From NCBI GenBank assembly GCA_964504425.1, contig CAZDFF010000001.1, positions 1 to 50,418 on the forward strand: 50,418 bases of DNA, in the 5' to 3' direction. This DNA comes from an uncultured Hyphomicrobiales bacterium (GTDB taxonomy: Bacteria; Pseudomonadota; Alphaproteobacteria; Rhodospirillales; 2-12-FULL-67-15). Shown here piece after piece: positions 35,973 to 46,129 of this stretch (position 1 is its first letter; each line of letters starts with the position of its first letter). Below the pieces are notes generated by a model. The model saw only the letters and a list, made by a program, of their open reading frames with translations, searched no databases and had not been told where the DNA came from. The translations under genes were made by a program, and so were the position numbers.

Positions 35973-36341
35973 TCAGGCCGCGGCCTTGCCGCCGCGGCGC
36001 CGGTTCAATGCCTTGGAATCGGTGTCCTGCCACTTGGCCGCAATGCGGCTGAGTTGATCTAGTACGCCGGAAAGTTCCTTGCCGCGCGGCGCCAGCGAAT
36101 AGGTCACCGCGGGCGGGATCGTCGGTTCGTAATGCCGGGCTACGATTTCCGCCGATTCCAGAAGCCGCAGCCGTTCGGTCAGCACTTTGGCCGATACCCC
36201 CGGGACCGCGCGCTTGAGCGCGCCGAACCGCATCGCCCCATGGGTTCGGAGCACATAAAGGATATAGGTCGTCCACGGCCCCATGAGCAACCGGAGCAGG
36301 GAGTCCATCGGGCACCCGACGGCGCTGTGGGGAAGGGTCAT
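35973..36341 (-). CDS. HxlR family winged-helix transcriptional regulator
   Basis: 122 aa. GCPMDSLLRLLMGPWTTYILYVLRTHGAMRFGALKRAVPGVSAKVLTERLRLLESAEIVAR...YSLAPRG is a typical HxlR/DUF24 sequence. Confidence 0.85.
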   Translation of the reverse strand: MTLPHSAVGCPMDSLLRLLMGPWTTYILYVLRTHGAMRFGALKRAVPGVSAKVLTERLRLLESAEIVARHYEPTIPPAVTYSLAPRGKELSGVLDQLSRIAAKWQDTDSKALNRRRGGKAAA

Positions 36342-36383
36342 GGCGTTCTCTCACGTTCGGTAATTTGGTTACTAAAAGGTACC

Positions 36384-36398
36384 TACTTTACAAAAGTA
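36384..36398. promoter_or_regulatory. Candidate operator 1 in the hxlR-like / flavodoxin-like divergent intergenic region
   Basis: A perfect 6-3-6 inverted repeat, TACTTT-aca-AAAGTA, in an AT-rich stretch. Confidence 0.45.
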
Positions 36399-36421
36399 AT
36401 GCAAGAGAGCATAACGCCAAT

Positions 36422-36438
36422 AGTTACTTTTAGTAACT
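36422..36438. promoter_or_regulatory. Candidate operator 2 in the same intergenic region
   Basis: A perfect 7-3-7 inverted repeat, AGTTACT-ttt-AGTAACT. A further GTAACTTG copy lies at 36452-36459, a direct repeat of 36433-36440. Confidence 0.45.
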
Positions 36439-36507
36439 TGTATCTTTATTTGTAACTTGCCGTGCCCCGGCCGGACTGGCGGCATGGAGACACCAGGAGA
36501 ATCAATC

Positions 36508-37086
36508 ATGTCGAAGATCGCCATCGTTTATCATTCGGGCTACGGCCATACCAAGGTCCTGGCCGACTCCGTCGCCGCCGGCGCCCGTGCGGTGCCCGGC
36601 ACCGAAGTCGCGTTGATTCCGGTCGCCGAGGCCGAGACGCGCGCCGCCGAGCTCGACGCCGCCGCCGCCATCGTGTTCGGCGCGCCAACCTACATGGGCA
36701 GCGCCTCGGCGCCGTTCAAAGCCTTCATGGACTGGAGTTCGAAAGTCTGGTTTACGCAGGGCTGGAAGGACAAACTGGCGGCAGGGTTCACGAATTCGGC
36801 GTCGCAAAGCGGCGACAAGCTGAATACCCTGATGCAGATGGCGGTGTTTGCCATGCAGCACGGCATGATCTGGGTCGGCCTCGGCTTGATGCCCGGCAAC
36901 AATTCGTCCAAGGGCAGCATCGCGGACCTGAACCGGATCGGCAGCTACCTGGGGGCCATGGCCCAGTCGGATTCCGACGCTTCGCCGGAAGAAGCGCCGA
37001 TCGAAAGCGATCGCAGGACTGCGGAACACCTGGGCCGCCGGGTCGCGCTCCAGGCACGGCAACTCGGGCTCGCGAAGGCCGCCTGA
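36508..37086 (+). CDS. Flavodoxin-like NAD(P)H:quinone oxidoreductase (WrbA-like)
   Basis: Uses the track frame 36457..37086, trimmed to the ATG at 36508, with AGGAGA 7 nt upstream. MSKIAIVYHSGYGHTKVLADSV... and FGAPTYMGSASAPFKAFMD are WrbA/flavodoxin-type FMN-binding segments. Confidence 0.8.
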   Translation: MSKIAIVYHSGYGHTKVLADSVAAGARAVPGTEVALIPVAEAETRAAELDAAAAIVFGAPTYMGSASAPFKAFMDWSSKVWFTQGWKDKLAAGFTNSASQSGDKLNTLMQMAVFAMQHGMIWVGLGLMPGNNSSKGSIADLNRIGSYLGAMAQSDSDASPEEAPIESDRRTAEHLGRRVALQARQLGLAKAA

Positions 37087-37134
37087 GACGCGGGACGACG
37101 GCCCGCGTCGCGACCGGACCCGGAGGAAGGACCT

Positions 37135-37917
37135 ATGACGAACAGGACCCTACCGACGATCTTCGTCTCTCACGGCGCACCGACGTTCGTGCTGGGCGAC
37201 AGCCCGGCCGTGCGGTTCCTGCGCGATCTCGGCCCGCACTTCGGCCGGCCGCAAGGAATCGTGGTCGTCTCGGCCCATTGGGAAACCGACGGTCCCGTTC
37301 TGAACGCAGCCGAGCGCCCGCCGACGGTCCATGATTTCTACGGTTTCCCGAAGCCGCTCTACGATATCCGCTACTCCGCGCCGGGCTCGCCGGCATTGGC
37401 GGAAACGGCGGCCGGGCTTTTGGCGGCCGCCGGTATCGCCGGCGGACTCGATCCGGATCGCGGGCTCGACCACGGCGCTTGGGTGCCGTTGTCGTTGATG
37501 TATCCCAAGGCCGATATTCCCGTCGTGCAGTTGTCGGTGCAGACGGCGCGAGGGGCGGCCTGGCACGTCGGCGTCGGCGCCGCGTTGTCGGACCTTCGCC
37601 GGAACGGCGTGCTCGTCATGGGTTCGGGCGGCGCCGTGCATAACCTGGGCGCTTTCGATCTCGGCAGTCCGGTCGTGGAGGGCTGGGCGCGCACCTTCGA
37701 CGATTGGCTGTGCGAAACGTTGACCGAAGGCGCCGTCGATAAGCTGGTCGACTACCGTCGGCGGGCGCCCGAAGCATCGAGGGCGCATCCGACCGAGGAA
37801 CACTTGCTGCCGCTTTTCACGGCGTTCGGGGCGGCTGGGAAGGGCGCGAAAGGCCGCGTGCTTCACCGCAGTTTTCTCGACGGTTCGCTCAGCATGGCTG
37901 CTTACGCGTTCGAATGA
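37135..37917 (+). CDS. ygiD: 4,5-DOPA dioxygenase extradiol-like (class III extradiol dioxygenase, YgiD family)
   Basis: 260 aa. PTIFVSHGAPTF...VVVSAHWET...VHDFYGFPKPLYDIRY...DHGAWVPL...VMGSGGAVHNL match the LigB/YgiD family layout. Confidence 0.82.
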   Translation: MTNRTLPTIFVSHGAPTFVLGDSPAVRFLRDLGPHFGRPQGIVVVSAHWETDGPVLNAAERPPTVHDFYGFPKPLYDIRYSAPGSPALAETAAGLLAAAGIAGGLDPDRGLDHGAWVPLSLMYPKADIPVVQLSVQTARGAAWHVGVGAALSDLRRNGVLVMGSGGAVHNLGAFDLGSPVVEGWARTFDDWLCETLTEGAVDKLVDYRRRAPEASRAHPTEEHLLPLFTAFGAAGKGAKGRVLHRSFLDGSLSMAAYAFE

Positions 37918-37928
37918 AGCGCAACGAA

Positions 37929-37958
37929 AAGGCCGGCCGGGATATCCCGGTCGGCCTT
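37929..37958. terminator. Bidirectional terminator hairpin between the dioxygenase gene (+) and grxD (-)
   Basis: A 13-bp stem, AAGGCCGGCCGGG (37929-37941) pairing with CCCGGTCGGCCTT (37946-37958), with one G-U pair and loop ATAT. It is flanked by GAAAA and TTGT. Confidence 0.6.
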
Positions 37959-37984
37959 GTCCGTGAAACGACGCCGGTTGAAAT

Positions 37985-38320
37985 TCAGGCGGCGTAGGAA
38001 ACGCCCTTGTCGGTGAACAGCTGCTGCAGTTCGCCGGATTGGTACATCTCGCGCACGATGTCGCAGCCGCCGATGAACTCGCCCTTCACGTAAAGCTGGG
38101 GGATCGTCGGCCAGTTGCTGAAGGACTTGATGCCCTCGCGCAGGCCCTGGTCCTGCAGCACGTCGATGCCCTTGAATTTCACGCCCATCTGCGAGAGCGC
38201 CCCGACTACGGCGGCGGAAAAGCCGCATTGCGGGAACATGGGCGTGCCCTTCATGAACACGACGACGTCGTTGTCGCCGATCTCCTGCTGGATCTTGGCT
38301 AAGACGGGATTGTCGCTCAT
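37985..38320 (-). CDS. grxD: Grx4-family monothiol glutaredoxin
   Basis: 111 aa with the CGFS active site in VVFMKGTPMFPQCGFSAAV and WPTIPQLYVKGEFIGGCDI. Confidence 0.93.
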   Translation of the reverse strand: MSDNPVLAKIQQEIGDNDVVVFMKGTPMFPQCGFSAAVVGALSQMGVKFKGIDVLQDQGLREGIKSFSNWPTIPQLYVKGEFIGGCDIVREMYQSGELQQLFTDKGVSYAA

Positions 38321-38393
38321 CGGGGTCCTCGTGGGTTAAAGGGGCGCGGCATGTGCCGCGTTTCGTCCAAAATAAGGCAATGGAACCGCGCGC

Positions 38394-38633
38394 TCAAGCG
38401 CCGTCCGGTACGCTGGTCGTCAAGGCCAGCGCGTGCAGTTCGCCGCCCATGCGGCCTTGCAGCGCCTGATAGACAAGCTGATGCTGCTGCACCCGGCTTT
38501 TGCCCTTGAAGGCAATGGATTTCACGTGCGCCTGGTAATGGTCGCCGTCGCCGCGCAGGTCCTGGATCGTGACCTGGGCGTCGGGGAGCCCTTCCTTGAT
38601 CAGCCGTTCGATTTCCGTTGCCGGCATGGGCAT
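38394..38633 (-). CDS. BolA family protein
   Basis: 79 aa with a BolA-like fold sequence (…DLRGDGDHYQAHVKSIAFKGKSRVQQHQLVYQAL…ELHALAL). It sits next to grxD, its usual partner. Confidence 0.85.
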   Translation of the reverse strand: MPMPATEIERLIKEGLPDAQVTIQDLRGDGDHYQAHVKSIAFKGKSRVQQHQLVYQALQGRMGGELHALALTTSVPDGA

Positions 38634-38664
38634 GGTTGCCGTCCTCGTCGCGGTTATCGGTTTT

Positions 38665-40850
<2,186 letters not shown>

Positions 40851-40854
<4 letters not shown>

Positions 40855-41582
40855 CGGCTCTCCGAATCGGGCAGGATCGAACGGCGGCGCGTGGACGGCG
40901 TGCGGTCGAACAGCAGCACGCCCCGGCGCTTGAAGGGCACGATCAGCAACGCGCCGGCGACGAAGCCGCCGATGTGCGCCCACCAGGCGACTCCGGGCTG
41001 GCCCGGCGTCGCCGATGCCGCGTTCCAGACTTGAAATGCAATCCACAGGCCGAGCACGACGAACGCCGGCAGATGGATGATCCGATAGAACAGGATCGTG
41101 CGGATCGACGCGTGCGGATGCAGCAGCAGATAGGCGCCGATGGCGCCCGAAATCGCGCCGGACGCGCCGACCATGGGGATCTCGGATTTCGGTTCGAGCA
41201 CGGCATGGCTCAACGCGGCGACGATGCCGCAGAAAAGATAGAACGCGAGATAGCGACCGTGCCCGGTCGAATCCTCGACGTTGTCGCCCAGCACCCACAG
41301 GAACAGCATGTTTCCCCCCAGATGCATCAAGCTTCCGTGCAGGAACATGGACGTTATCAGCGTCGCCGCCGGCGGAATCTGCGCCAGGCCTTCGGGCAGG
41401 CTGCCGTGGCCGAACATGACCGCCGGGATCGCGCCATAGGCGTAGACGAAGAGATTGCCGGCGCGGGGATCGAGCGACGCCTGATACAGGAACACGGCGA
41501 CGCAGACGGCGATGAAGGCCCAGTTGACGTACGCGTGCCGGATGTACCGGGTCGGGTTGTCGTCGCCCAAGGGGATCAGCAT
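40851..41582 (-). CDS. Rhomboid family intramembrane serine protease
   Basis: Uses the track frame 40851..41966, trimmed to [13 protein letters not shown].... It has the [10 protein letters not shown] and GASGAISG (GxSG) catalytic motifs plus a later H ([11 protein letters not shown]). The stop overlaps the purL ATG (ATGA). Confidence 0.85.
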
Positions 41583-41608
41583 GGCGTCGCGGCTCCCGTT
41601 CGCCGCCG

Positions 41609-42298
41609 TCAGGCGAGCGCGGCGGCGAGGCCGTCGAACATCGCCCGTCCGTCGATACCGCCCAGCTGCGGGTCGGCCAGTCGCTCGGGATGCGGCATCA
41701 TGCCGAGCACGTTGCCTTTTTCGTTCAAAATCCCCGCGATATTGCGCCGGCTGCCGTTCGGATTGACGTCGTCGCTCGTTTGGCCGTCGGGGCCGACGTA
41801 GCGGAAGGCGACGCGGCCCTCGCCTTCCAGGCGATCCAGCGTCGCCTCGTCGGCGAAATAGTTGCCGTCGCCGTGGGCGATCGGAAACCGCACCACTTGG
41901 CCCTTCCTGTAGCGGTCGGTGAAGCGCGTCTGGGCGTTTTCGACCTTCAAGTAGACGTCCTTGCAAAGGAATTTCAGGTTCGCGTTCTTCATCAGCGCGC
42001 CCGGCAGTAGGCCGGCCTCGGTCAGAATCTGGAAGCCGTTGCAGATGCCCAGCACCGGCGTGCCGGCGTTGGCGCGCTTCACGACCTCGCGCATCACCGG
42101 GGAATGCGCCGCCATGGCGCCGGACCGCAGATAATCGCCGTAGGAAAAGCCGCCCGGCACCACGATCAGGTCGACCTTGGGCAGGTCGGGGTTGCCGTGC
42201 CAGGCCATCATCGGATCGCGGCCCATCGACTGCGCCAGGGCCACCTTCACGTCCCGATCGCAGTTCGAGCCGGGAAAGACGATGACGGCGGCGTTCAT
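41609..42298 (-). CDS. purQ: Phosphoribosylformylglycinamidine synthase glutaminase subunit PurQ
   Basis: 229 aa. [16 protein letters not shown]..., GICNGFQIL (catalytic Cys) and MMPHPER. Confidence 0.95.
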   Translation of the reverse strand: MNAAVIVFPGSNCDRDVKVALAQSMGRDPMMAWHGNPDLPKVDLIVVPGGFSYGDYLRSGAMAAHSPVMREVVKRANAGTPVLGICNGFQILTEAGLLPGALMKNANLKFLCKDVYLKVENAQTRFTDRYRKGQVVRFPIAHGDGNYFADEATLDRLEGEGRVAFRYVGPDGQTSDDVNPNGSRRNIAGILNEKGNVLGMMPHPERLADPQLGGIDGRAMFDGLAAALA

Positions 42299-42308
42299 GG
42301 CGGTGCGG

Positions 42309-42554
42309 TCAGCCTTCGGCGATGTCGATGGAATAGTTTTCGATCACGGTGTTGGCGAGCAGCTTCTGGCACATCGCCTCGATCTGGGCGCGGGCCTTCG
42401 TCTTGTCGGTCTCGGCCAGGTTCAGTTCGATATACTTGCCTTGGCGCACGCCCGACACGCCGGAAAAACCGAGCGAGCCGAGTGCGTGCTCGACCGCCTT
42501 GCCCTGCGGGTCGAGGACACCGTTCTTCAACGTGACGTGGATTTTCGCCTTCAC
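42309..42554 (-). CDS. purS: Phosphoribosylformylglycinamidine synthase subunit PurS
   Basis: 81 aa, [30 protein letters not shown]..., a typical PurS. Confidence 0.92.
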   Translation of the reverse strand: MKAKIHVTLKNGVLDPQGKAVEHALGSLGFSGVSGVRQGKYIELNLAETDKTKARAQIEAMCQKLLANTVIENYSIDIAEG

Positions 42555-42576
42555 CCGAATTCTCGGCCTTCGCGGG

Positions 42577-43341
42577 TTACTGCATGACCTCGGGACCCTT
42601 GAGGTCGCGCGGCCCGCCTTCCGGCAGAATCCCCAAGCGCCTCGCGACTTCCTGGTAGGCTTCCTCGACGTTGCCGAGGTCGCGCCGGAAGCGGTCCTTG
42701 TCCATTTTCTCGTTCGTCTTGACGTCCCAGAGCCGGCAGCTGTCGGGACTGATCTCGTCCGCCAGCACGATCCGCATCTGGTCGTTTTCCCAAAGCCGGC
42801 CGAATTCGATCTTGAAGTCGACCAGCCGCAGCCCGATGCCCAGGAACAGACCGGACAGGTAATCGTTGATCCGGAGCGACAGCGCCATGATGTCGTCGAT
42901 GTCCTGTGGCGTGGCCCAGCCGAAGGCGGTGATATGTTCTTCCGAGACCATCGGGTCGTTCAGTTCGTCGGATTTGTAATAGAATTCGACGATCGAGCGC
43001 GGCAGCGGCGTGCCCTCGGCCATGCCGAAACGTTCGGCCAGCGAGCCGGCGACGATGTTGCGCACCACCACCTGGATCGGGATGATCTCGACCTCGCGCA
43101 CCAATTGCTCGCGCATGTTCAGGCGGCGGACGAAATGGGTCGGCACGCCGATCTCGCCCAGGCGCGACATCAGGTACTCCGAGATGCGATTATTCAGCAC
43201 GCCCTTGCCGGTGATGACGCCGCGCTTCTGGTTATGGAAGGCGGAAGCGTCGTCCTTGAAGTACTGCACCAGGGTGCCGGGCTCGGGGCCTTCGAATAGG
43301 ACCTTGGCCTTGCCCTCGTAAATCTGTCTGCGTCTGGCCAT
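42577..43341 (-). CDS. purC: Phosphoribosylaminoimidazole-succinocarboxamide (SAICAR) synthase, short bacterial form
   Basis: 254 aa. [28 protein letters not shown]..., LVDFKIEFG and [13 protein letters not shown]. Confidence 0.95.
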   Translation of the reverse strand: MARRRQIYEGKAKVLFEGPEPGTLVQYFKDDASAFHNQKRGVITGKGVLNNRISEYLMSRLGEIGVPTHFVRRLNMREQLVREVEIIPIQVVVRNIVAGSLAERFGMAEGTPLPRSIVEFYYKSDELNDPMVSEEHITAFGWATPQDIDDIMALSLRINDYLSGLFLGIGLRLVDFKIEFGRLWENDQMRIVLADEISPDSCRLWDVKTNEKMDKDRFRRDLGNVEEAYQEVARRLGILPEGGPRDLKGPEVMQ

Positions 43342-43477
43342 GATGGGGTATCCCGATGGTCGAGGGCGGGGCGCCGAAAAGCGAACAACGGCGCGGCTTT
43401 CGGTTCATATAGCAGGTGTCGGGGGGCAACACAACGACCCCCGGGAACGCCCGCGCGGCGGAAAATCGCCCGGCGGA

Positions 43478-44245
43478 TCAGATCGTTACCGGGTTCCACG
43501 GGGCCTCGCCGGGCGGCCCGGCGGCGAACAGCCAGACCGGTTTCGCCGGCCAGTGCGCGGGCGACGGCACGGCGATCAGCGAGGACGAAACCGTGCCGAA
43601 TCCGGTATCGGTAGCGACCGTCATGGCGCCGCCGGGACCGATGCCGCGATCGCGATCGCGCGACGCCATCAATTCCTGCCATGCCGCGAAGTCGTCGTTT
43701 TCCGGGTCGGGCGCCTTGGCCGCCTCGAACAGCGGTTTGTAGCGGCGGATTCGGTTGGATTCCGGATCGTTCAGGTCGTAGGCGGTCAGCATCGACAGGC
43801 CGGGCGGGATCGGCATGACTTCGACCCCGAGCCCGCCGTCCGGCGATTCCGACCCGCGCGAGCGCAGCCAAAAGGCCTCCCGGCGGTCGGCGACGATCAT
43901 GTTGAAGGTGCGATAGCTTTTAGGTTCCAGCCGGGACAGTGCCTCGGCGGCCGCCCGGGCTTCGGCATGATCCAAGGCTTCCAGCGGAAGTTCGCCCCGG
44001 CTTCGCATGCCCGCCTGCGGGCCCAGGGAATGGCGCCGGTTGAGGACGCCCGCGACCACGCCGTGATCGTTGAGGCCGAGCCAGGTGCCGCCGGCGAGTT
44101 CGTCCCGGCCCGCGACCACGTCCGGCCGGTCAGGCCAATGACGGCCCGGCGGGTGCCATGGACGGTCCATCATTTCGTCGCGGTTGGCGCCGATGACGAT
44201 CGGCCAGGGCTCGCCCGGTCGATAAAGGATGACGACGGTGCACAT
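43478..44245 (-). CDS. NRDE family protein (DUF833 / TANGO2-like)
   Basis: 255 aa. MCTVVILYRPGEPWPIVIGANRDE... has an N-terminal Cys after the Met and the literal NRDE motif, followed by GGTWLGLN. Confidence 0.8.
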   Translation of the reverse strand: MCTVVILYRPGEPWPIVIGANRDEMMDRPWHPPGRHWPDRPDVVAGRDELAGGTWLGLNDHGVVAGVLNRRHSLGPQAGMRSRGELPLEALDHAEARAAAEALSRLEPKSYRTFNMIVADRREAFWLRSRGSESPDGGLGVEVMPIPPGLSMLTAYDLNDPESNRIRRYKPLFEAAKAPDPENDDFAAWQELMASRDRDRGIGPGGAMTVATDTGFGTVSSSLIAVPSPAHWPAKPVWLFAAGPPGEAPWNPVTI

Positions 44246-44376
44246 GACGCAAGTTTAACGCAATCGCCCTGCAAAAGCCTGTCATGATCTTTGTGCGAAT
44301 CGAGGCGTCCGGCGGTTGCATCCACCGGCCCGCGACACTAGATTCCCGGCACCGTCATTCAGGGAGAGCGACTTTC

Positions 44377-44703
44377 ATGGCCGACGCCTTCAACGACCGC
44401 GAAAAGGGATACGAGGCGAAGTTCCAGCGCGACGAGGCGTTGCGCTTCAAGGCCGAATCCCGGCGCAACAAGCTCCTGGGATACTGGTTGGCAGACAAGT
44501 TCGGCATGACCGTGGCCGAGAAGGAAGCCTACGCCAAGGAAGTCGTGATGTCCGACCTGGACGAGCCCGGCGTCGACGACATCGTGCGCAAGGTGATGAA
44601 GGACGTCCAGGCCAAGGGCGCCAAGATTACCGAGGTCGAGGTCCGCAGGCAGCTCGAAAGCCTCTACGTCGAGGCCATGGCCCAGATCGCCAAGGAAATT
44701 TGA
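44377..44703 (+). CDS. DUF1476 protein = alphaproteobacterial F1-ATPase inhibitor zeta subunit
   Basis: Uses the track frame 44284..44703, trimmed to the ATG at 44377, with AGGGAGAG upstream. MADAFNDREKGYEAKFQRDEALRFKAESRRNKLLGYWLA... closely parallels, from memory, the Paracoccus zeta subunit N-terminal inhibitory region. 108 aa. Confidence 0.8.
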   Translation: MADAFNDREKGYEAKFQRDEALRFKAESRRNKLLGYWLADKFGMTVAEKEAYAKEVVMSDLDEPGVDDIVRKVMKDVQAKGAKITEVEVRRQLESLYVEAMAQIAKEI

Positions 44704-44712
44704 GGCGGGGTC

Positions 44713-46026
44713 TCAGCCCCGGCCGAACACCCGCTTGAAGATCGTGCCGACGTGGCGGGTGTGGTGCTTCAGGTCGAACATTTTTTCCATCGCCTTGGCC
44801 GATAGGATTTTCGCGACCGCCTTGTCGGTCTTGAGGTGGTCGAGGAACGCGTCGCCTTCGCGCCACGCCGCCATGGCGTTCACCTGCACCGCGCGATAGG
44901 CGTCCTCGCGGCTCATGCCGGCCTGGGTCAGCGCGAGCAGAACCTGCTGCGAGAACACTAAGCCCTTCAGGCTTTCGAGATTCTTCTTCATCGCCTCCGG
45001 GTAGACGACCAGCTTTTCGATCACGCCGGCCAGGCGGTTGAGGGCAAAGTCGAGCGTTATCGTCGCGTCGGGGCCGATCATGCGTTCGACCGAGGAATGC
45101 GAGATGTCGCGTTCGTGCCACAGCGCGACGTTTTCCAGCGCCGGCACCACGGCCGAGCGGACGATGCGCGCGAGCCCGGTCAGGTTCTCGGTCAGCACCG
45201 GGTTGCGCTTGTGCGGCATCGTCGAGGATCCCTTCTGGCCCGGCGCGAAGAATTCCTCGGCCTCGCGCACCTCGGTCCGTTGCAGGTGACGGATTTCGAT
45301 GGCGATCCGCTCGACCGACGCGGCGGCGACCGCCAGCGCGGCGAAGAACGCCGCGTGCCGGTCGCGCGGGATCACCTGGGTCGATACCGGTTCGGGGACG
45401 AGCCCCAGCTTCTTCGCGACGTGCGCTTCGACCCGGGGGTCGATGTTGGCGAAGGTGCCGACGGCGCCCGAAATCTTGCAGGTCGCGATCTCGCGCCGGG
45501 CTTCCTCCAGGCGCTTGCGGTTGCGCTGGAATTCGGCATGGAAGCCCGCCAACTTCACGCCGAACGTGGTGAGCTCGGCGTGGATGCCGTGGCTGCGGCC
45601 CATGCACGGCGTCATCTTGAATTCGAAGGCGCGCTTCTTGAGCGCGGCCAGGACCCTGTCGACGCCGGCGATCAGAAGATCCGCGGCCTGGGTCATCTGC
45701 ACCGCCAGGCACGTGTCCAGCACGTCCGACGACGTCATGCCCTGGTGGACGAAACGCGCTTCGGGGCCGACGTTTTCGGCAAGCTCGGTCAGGAAGGCGA
45801 TGACGTCGTGTCGGGTCTCGCGCTCGATCGCGTCGATCCGGGCGATCCGCGCCGCCGTATAGGGCTTGTTGCCCTTCTTCCAGACCGCCTTGGCGGCGGC
45901 CTTGGGCACGACGCCCAATGTCGCCAGCGCGTCCATGGCATGCGCCTCGACCTCGAACCAGATGCGGAACTTGTTGGCGGGCTCCCAGATGGCGGTCATC
46001 TCGGGTCGGCTATAGCGCGGGATCAT
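44713..46026 (-). CDS. purB: Adenylosuccinate lyase
   Basis: Uses the track frame 44713..46131, trimmed to MIPRYSRPEMTAIWEPANKF.... It has the fumarate-lyase signature region GSSTMPHKRNP. 437 aa. Confidence 0.95.
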   Translation of the reverse strand: MIPRYSRPEMTAIWEPANKFRIWFEVEAHAMDALATLGVVPKAAAKAVWKKGNKPYTAARIARIDAIERETRHDVIAFLTELAENVGPEARFVHQGMTSSDVLDTCLAVQMTQAADLLIAGVDRVLAALKKRAFEFKMTPCMGRSHGIHAELTTFGVKLAGFHAEFQRNRKRLEEARREIATCKISGAVGTFANIDPRVEAHVAKKLGLVPEPVSTQVIPRDRHAAFFAALAVAAASVERIAIEIRHLQRTEVREAEEFFAPGQKGSSTMPHKRNPVLTENLTGLARIVRSAVVPALENVALWHERDISHSSVERMIGPDATITLDFALNRLAGVIEKLVVYPEAMKKNLESLKGLVFSQQVLLALTQAGMSREDAYRAVQVNAMAAWREGDAFLDHLKTDKAVAKILSAKAMEKMFDLKHHTRHVGTIFKRVFGRG

Positions 46027-46129
46027 CGGTCGGCGGTCCTGGAGGCGGTTGGCATTGAAGGACGGCATATTACCCCAGCCGACCGGCATTGAAAGGCGTG
46101 TTATGATCGTTAAATTAAAGGAACCGACC

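Noticed and set aside
38345-38360. Small palindrome CGCGGCATGTGCCGCG between bolA and grxD as a terminator
   Set aside because: The stem is short and the effective loop is only 4 nt. There is no T-run on the minus (coding) strand, so it more likely has no effect on co-transcription.
40855-41298. Upstream extension of purL (track ORF 38665..41298), plus similar extensions of the LpxR-like (to 30616), rhomboid (to 41966), purB (to 46131), MFS (to 48563), htpG (to 20068) and ccmA (to 5038) frames
   Set aside because: In every case a canonical family N-terminus begins at an internal ATG, and the extension overlaps the neighbouring real gene or is Arg-rich low complexity.
43342-43477. Possible purine-responsive riboswitch (for example ZTP/pfl-like) upstream of purC
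   Set aside because: I looked for the conserved ZTP core and pseudoknot elements on the minus strand. I found only generic GC hairpins (GGGGG...CCCCC, CCGAAAGCCG...CGCTTTTCGG). Only a covariance-model scan could settle it.
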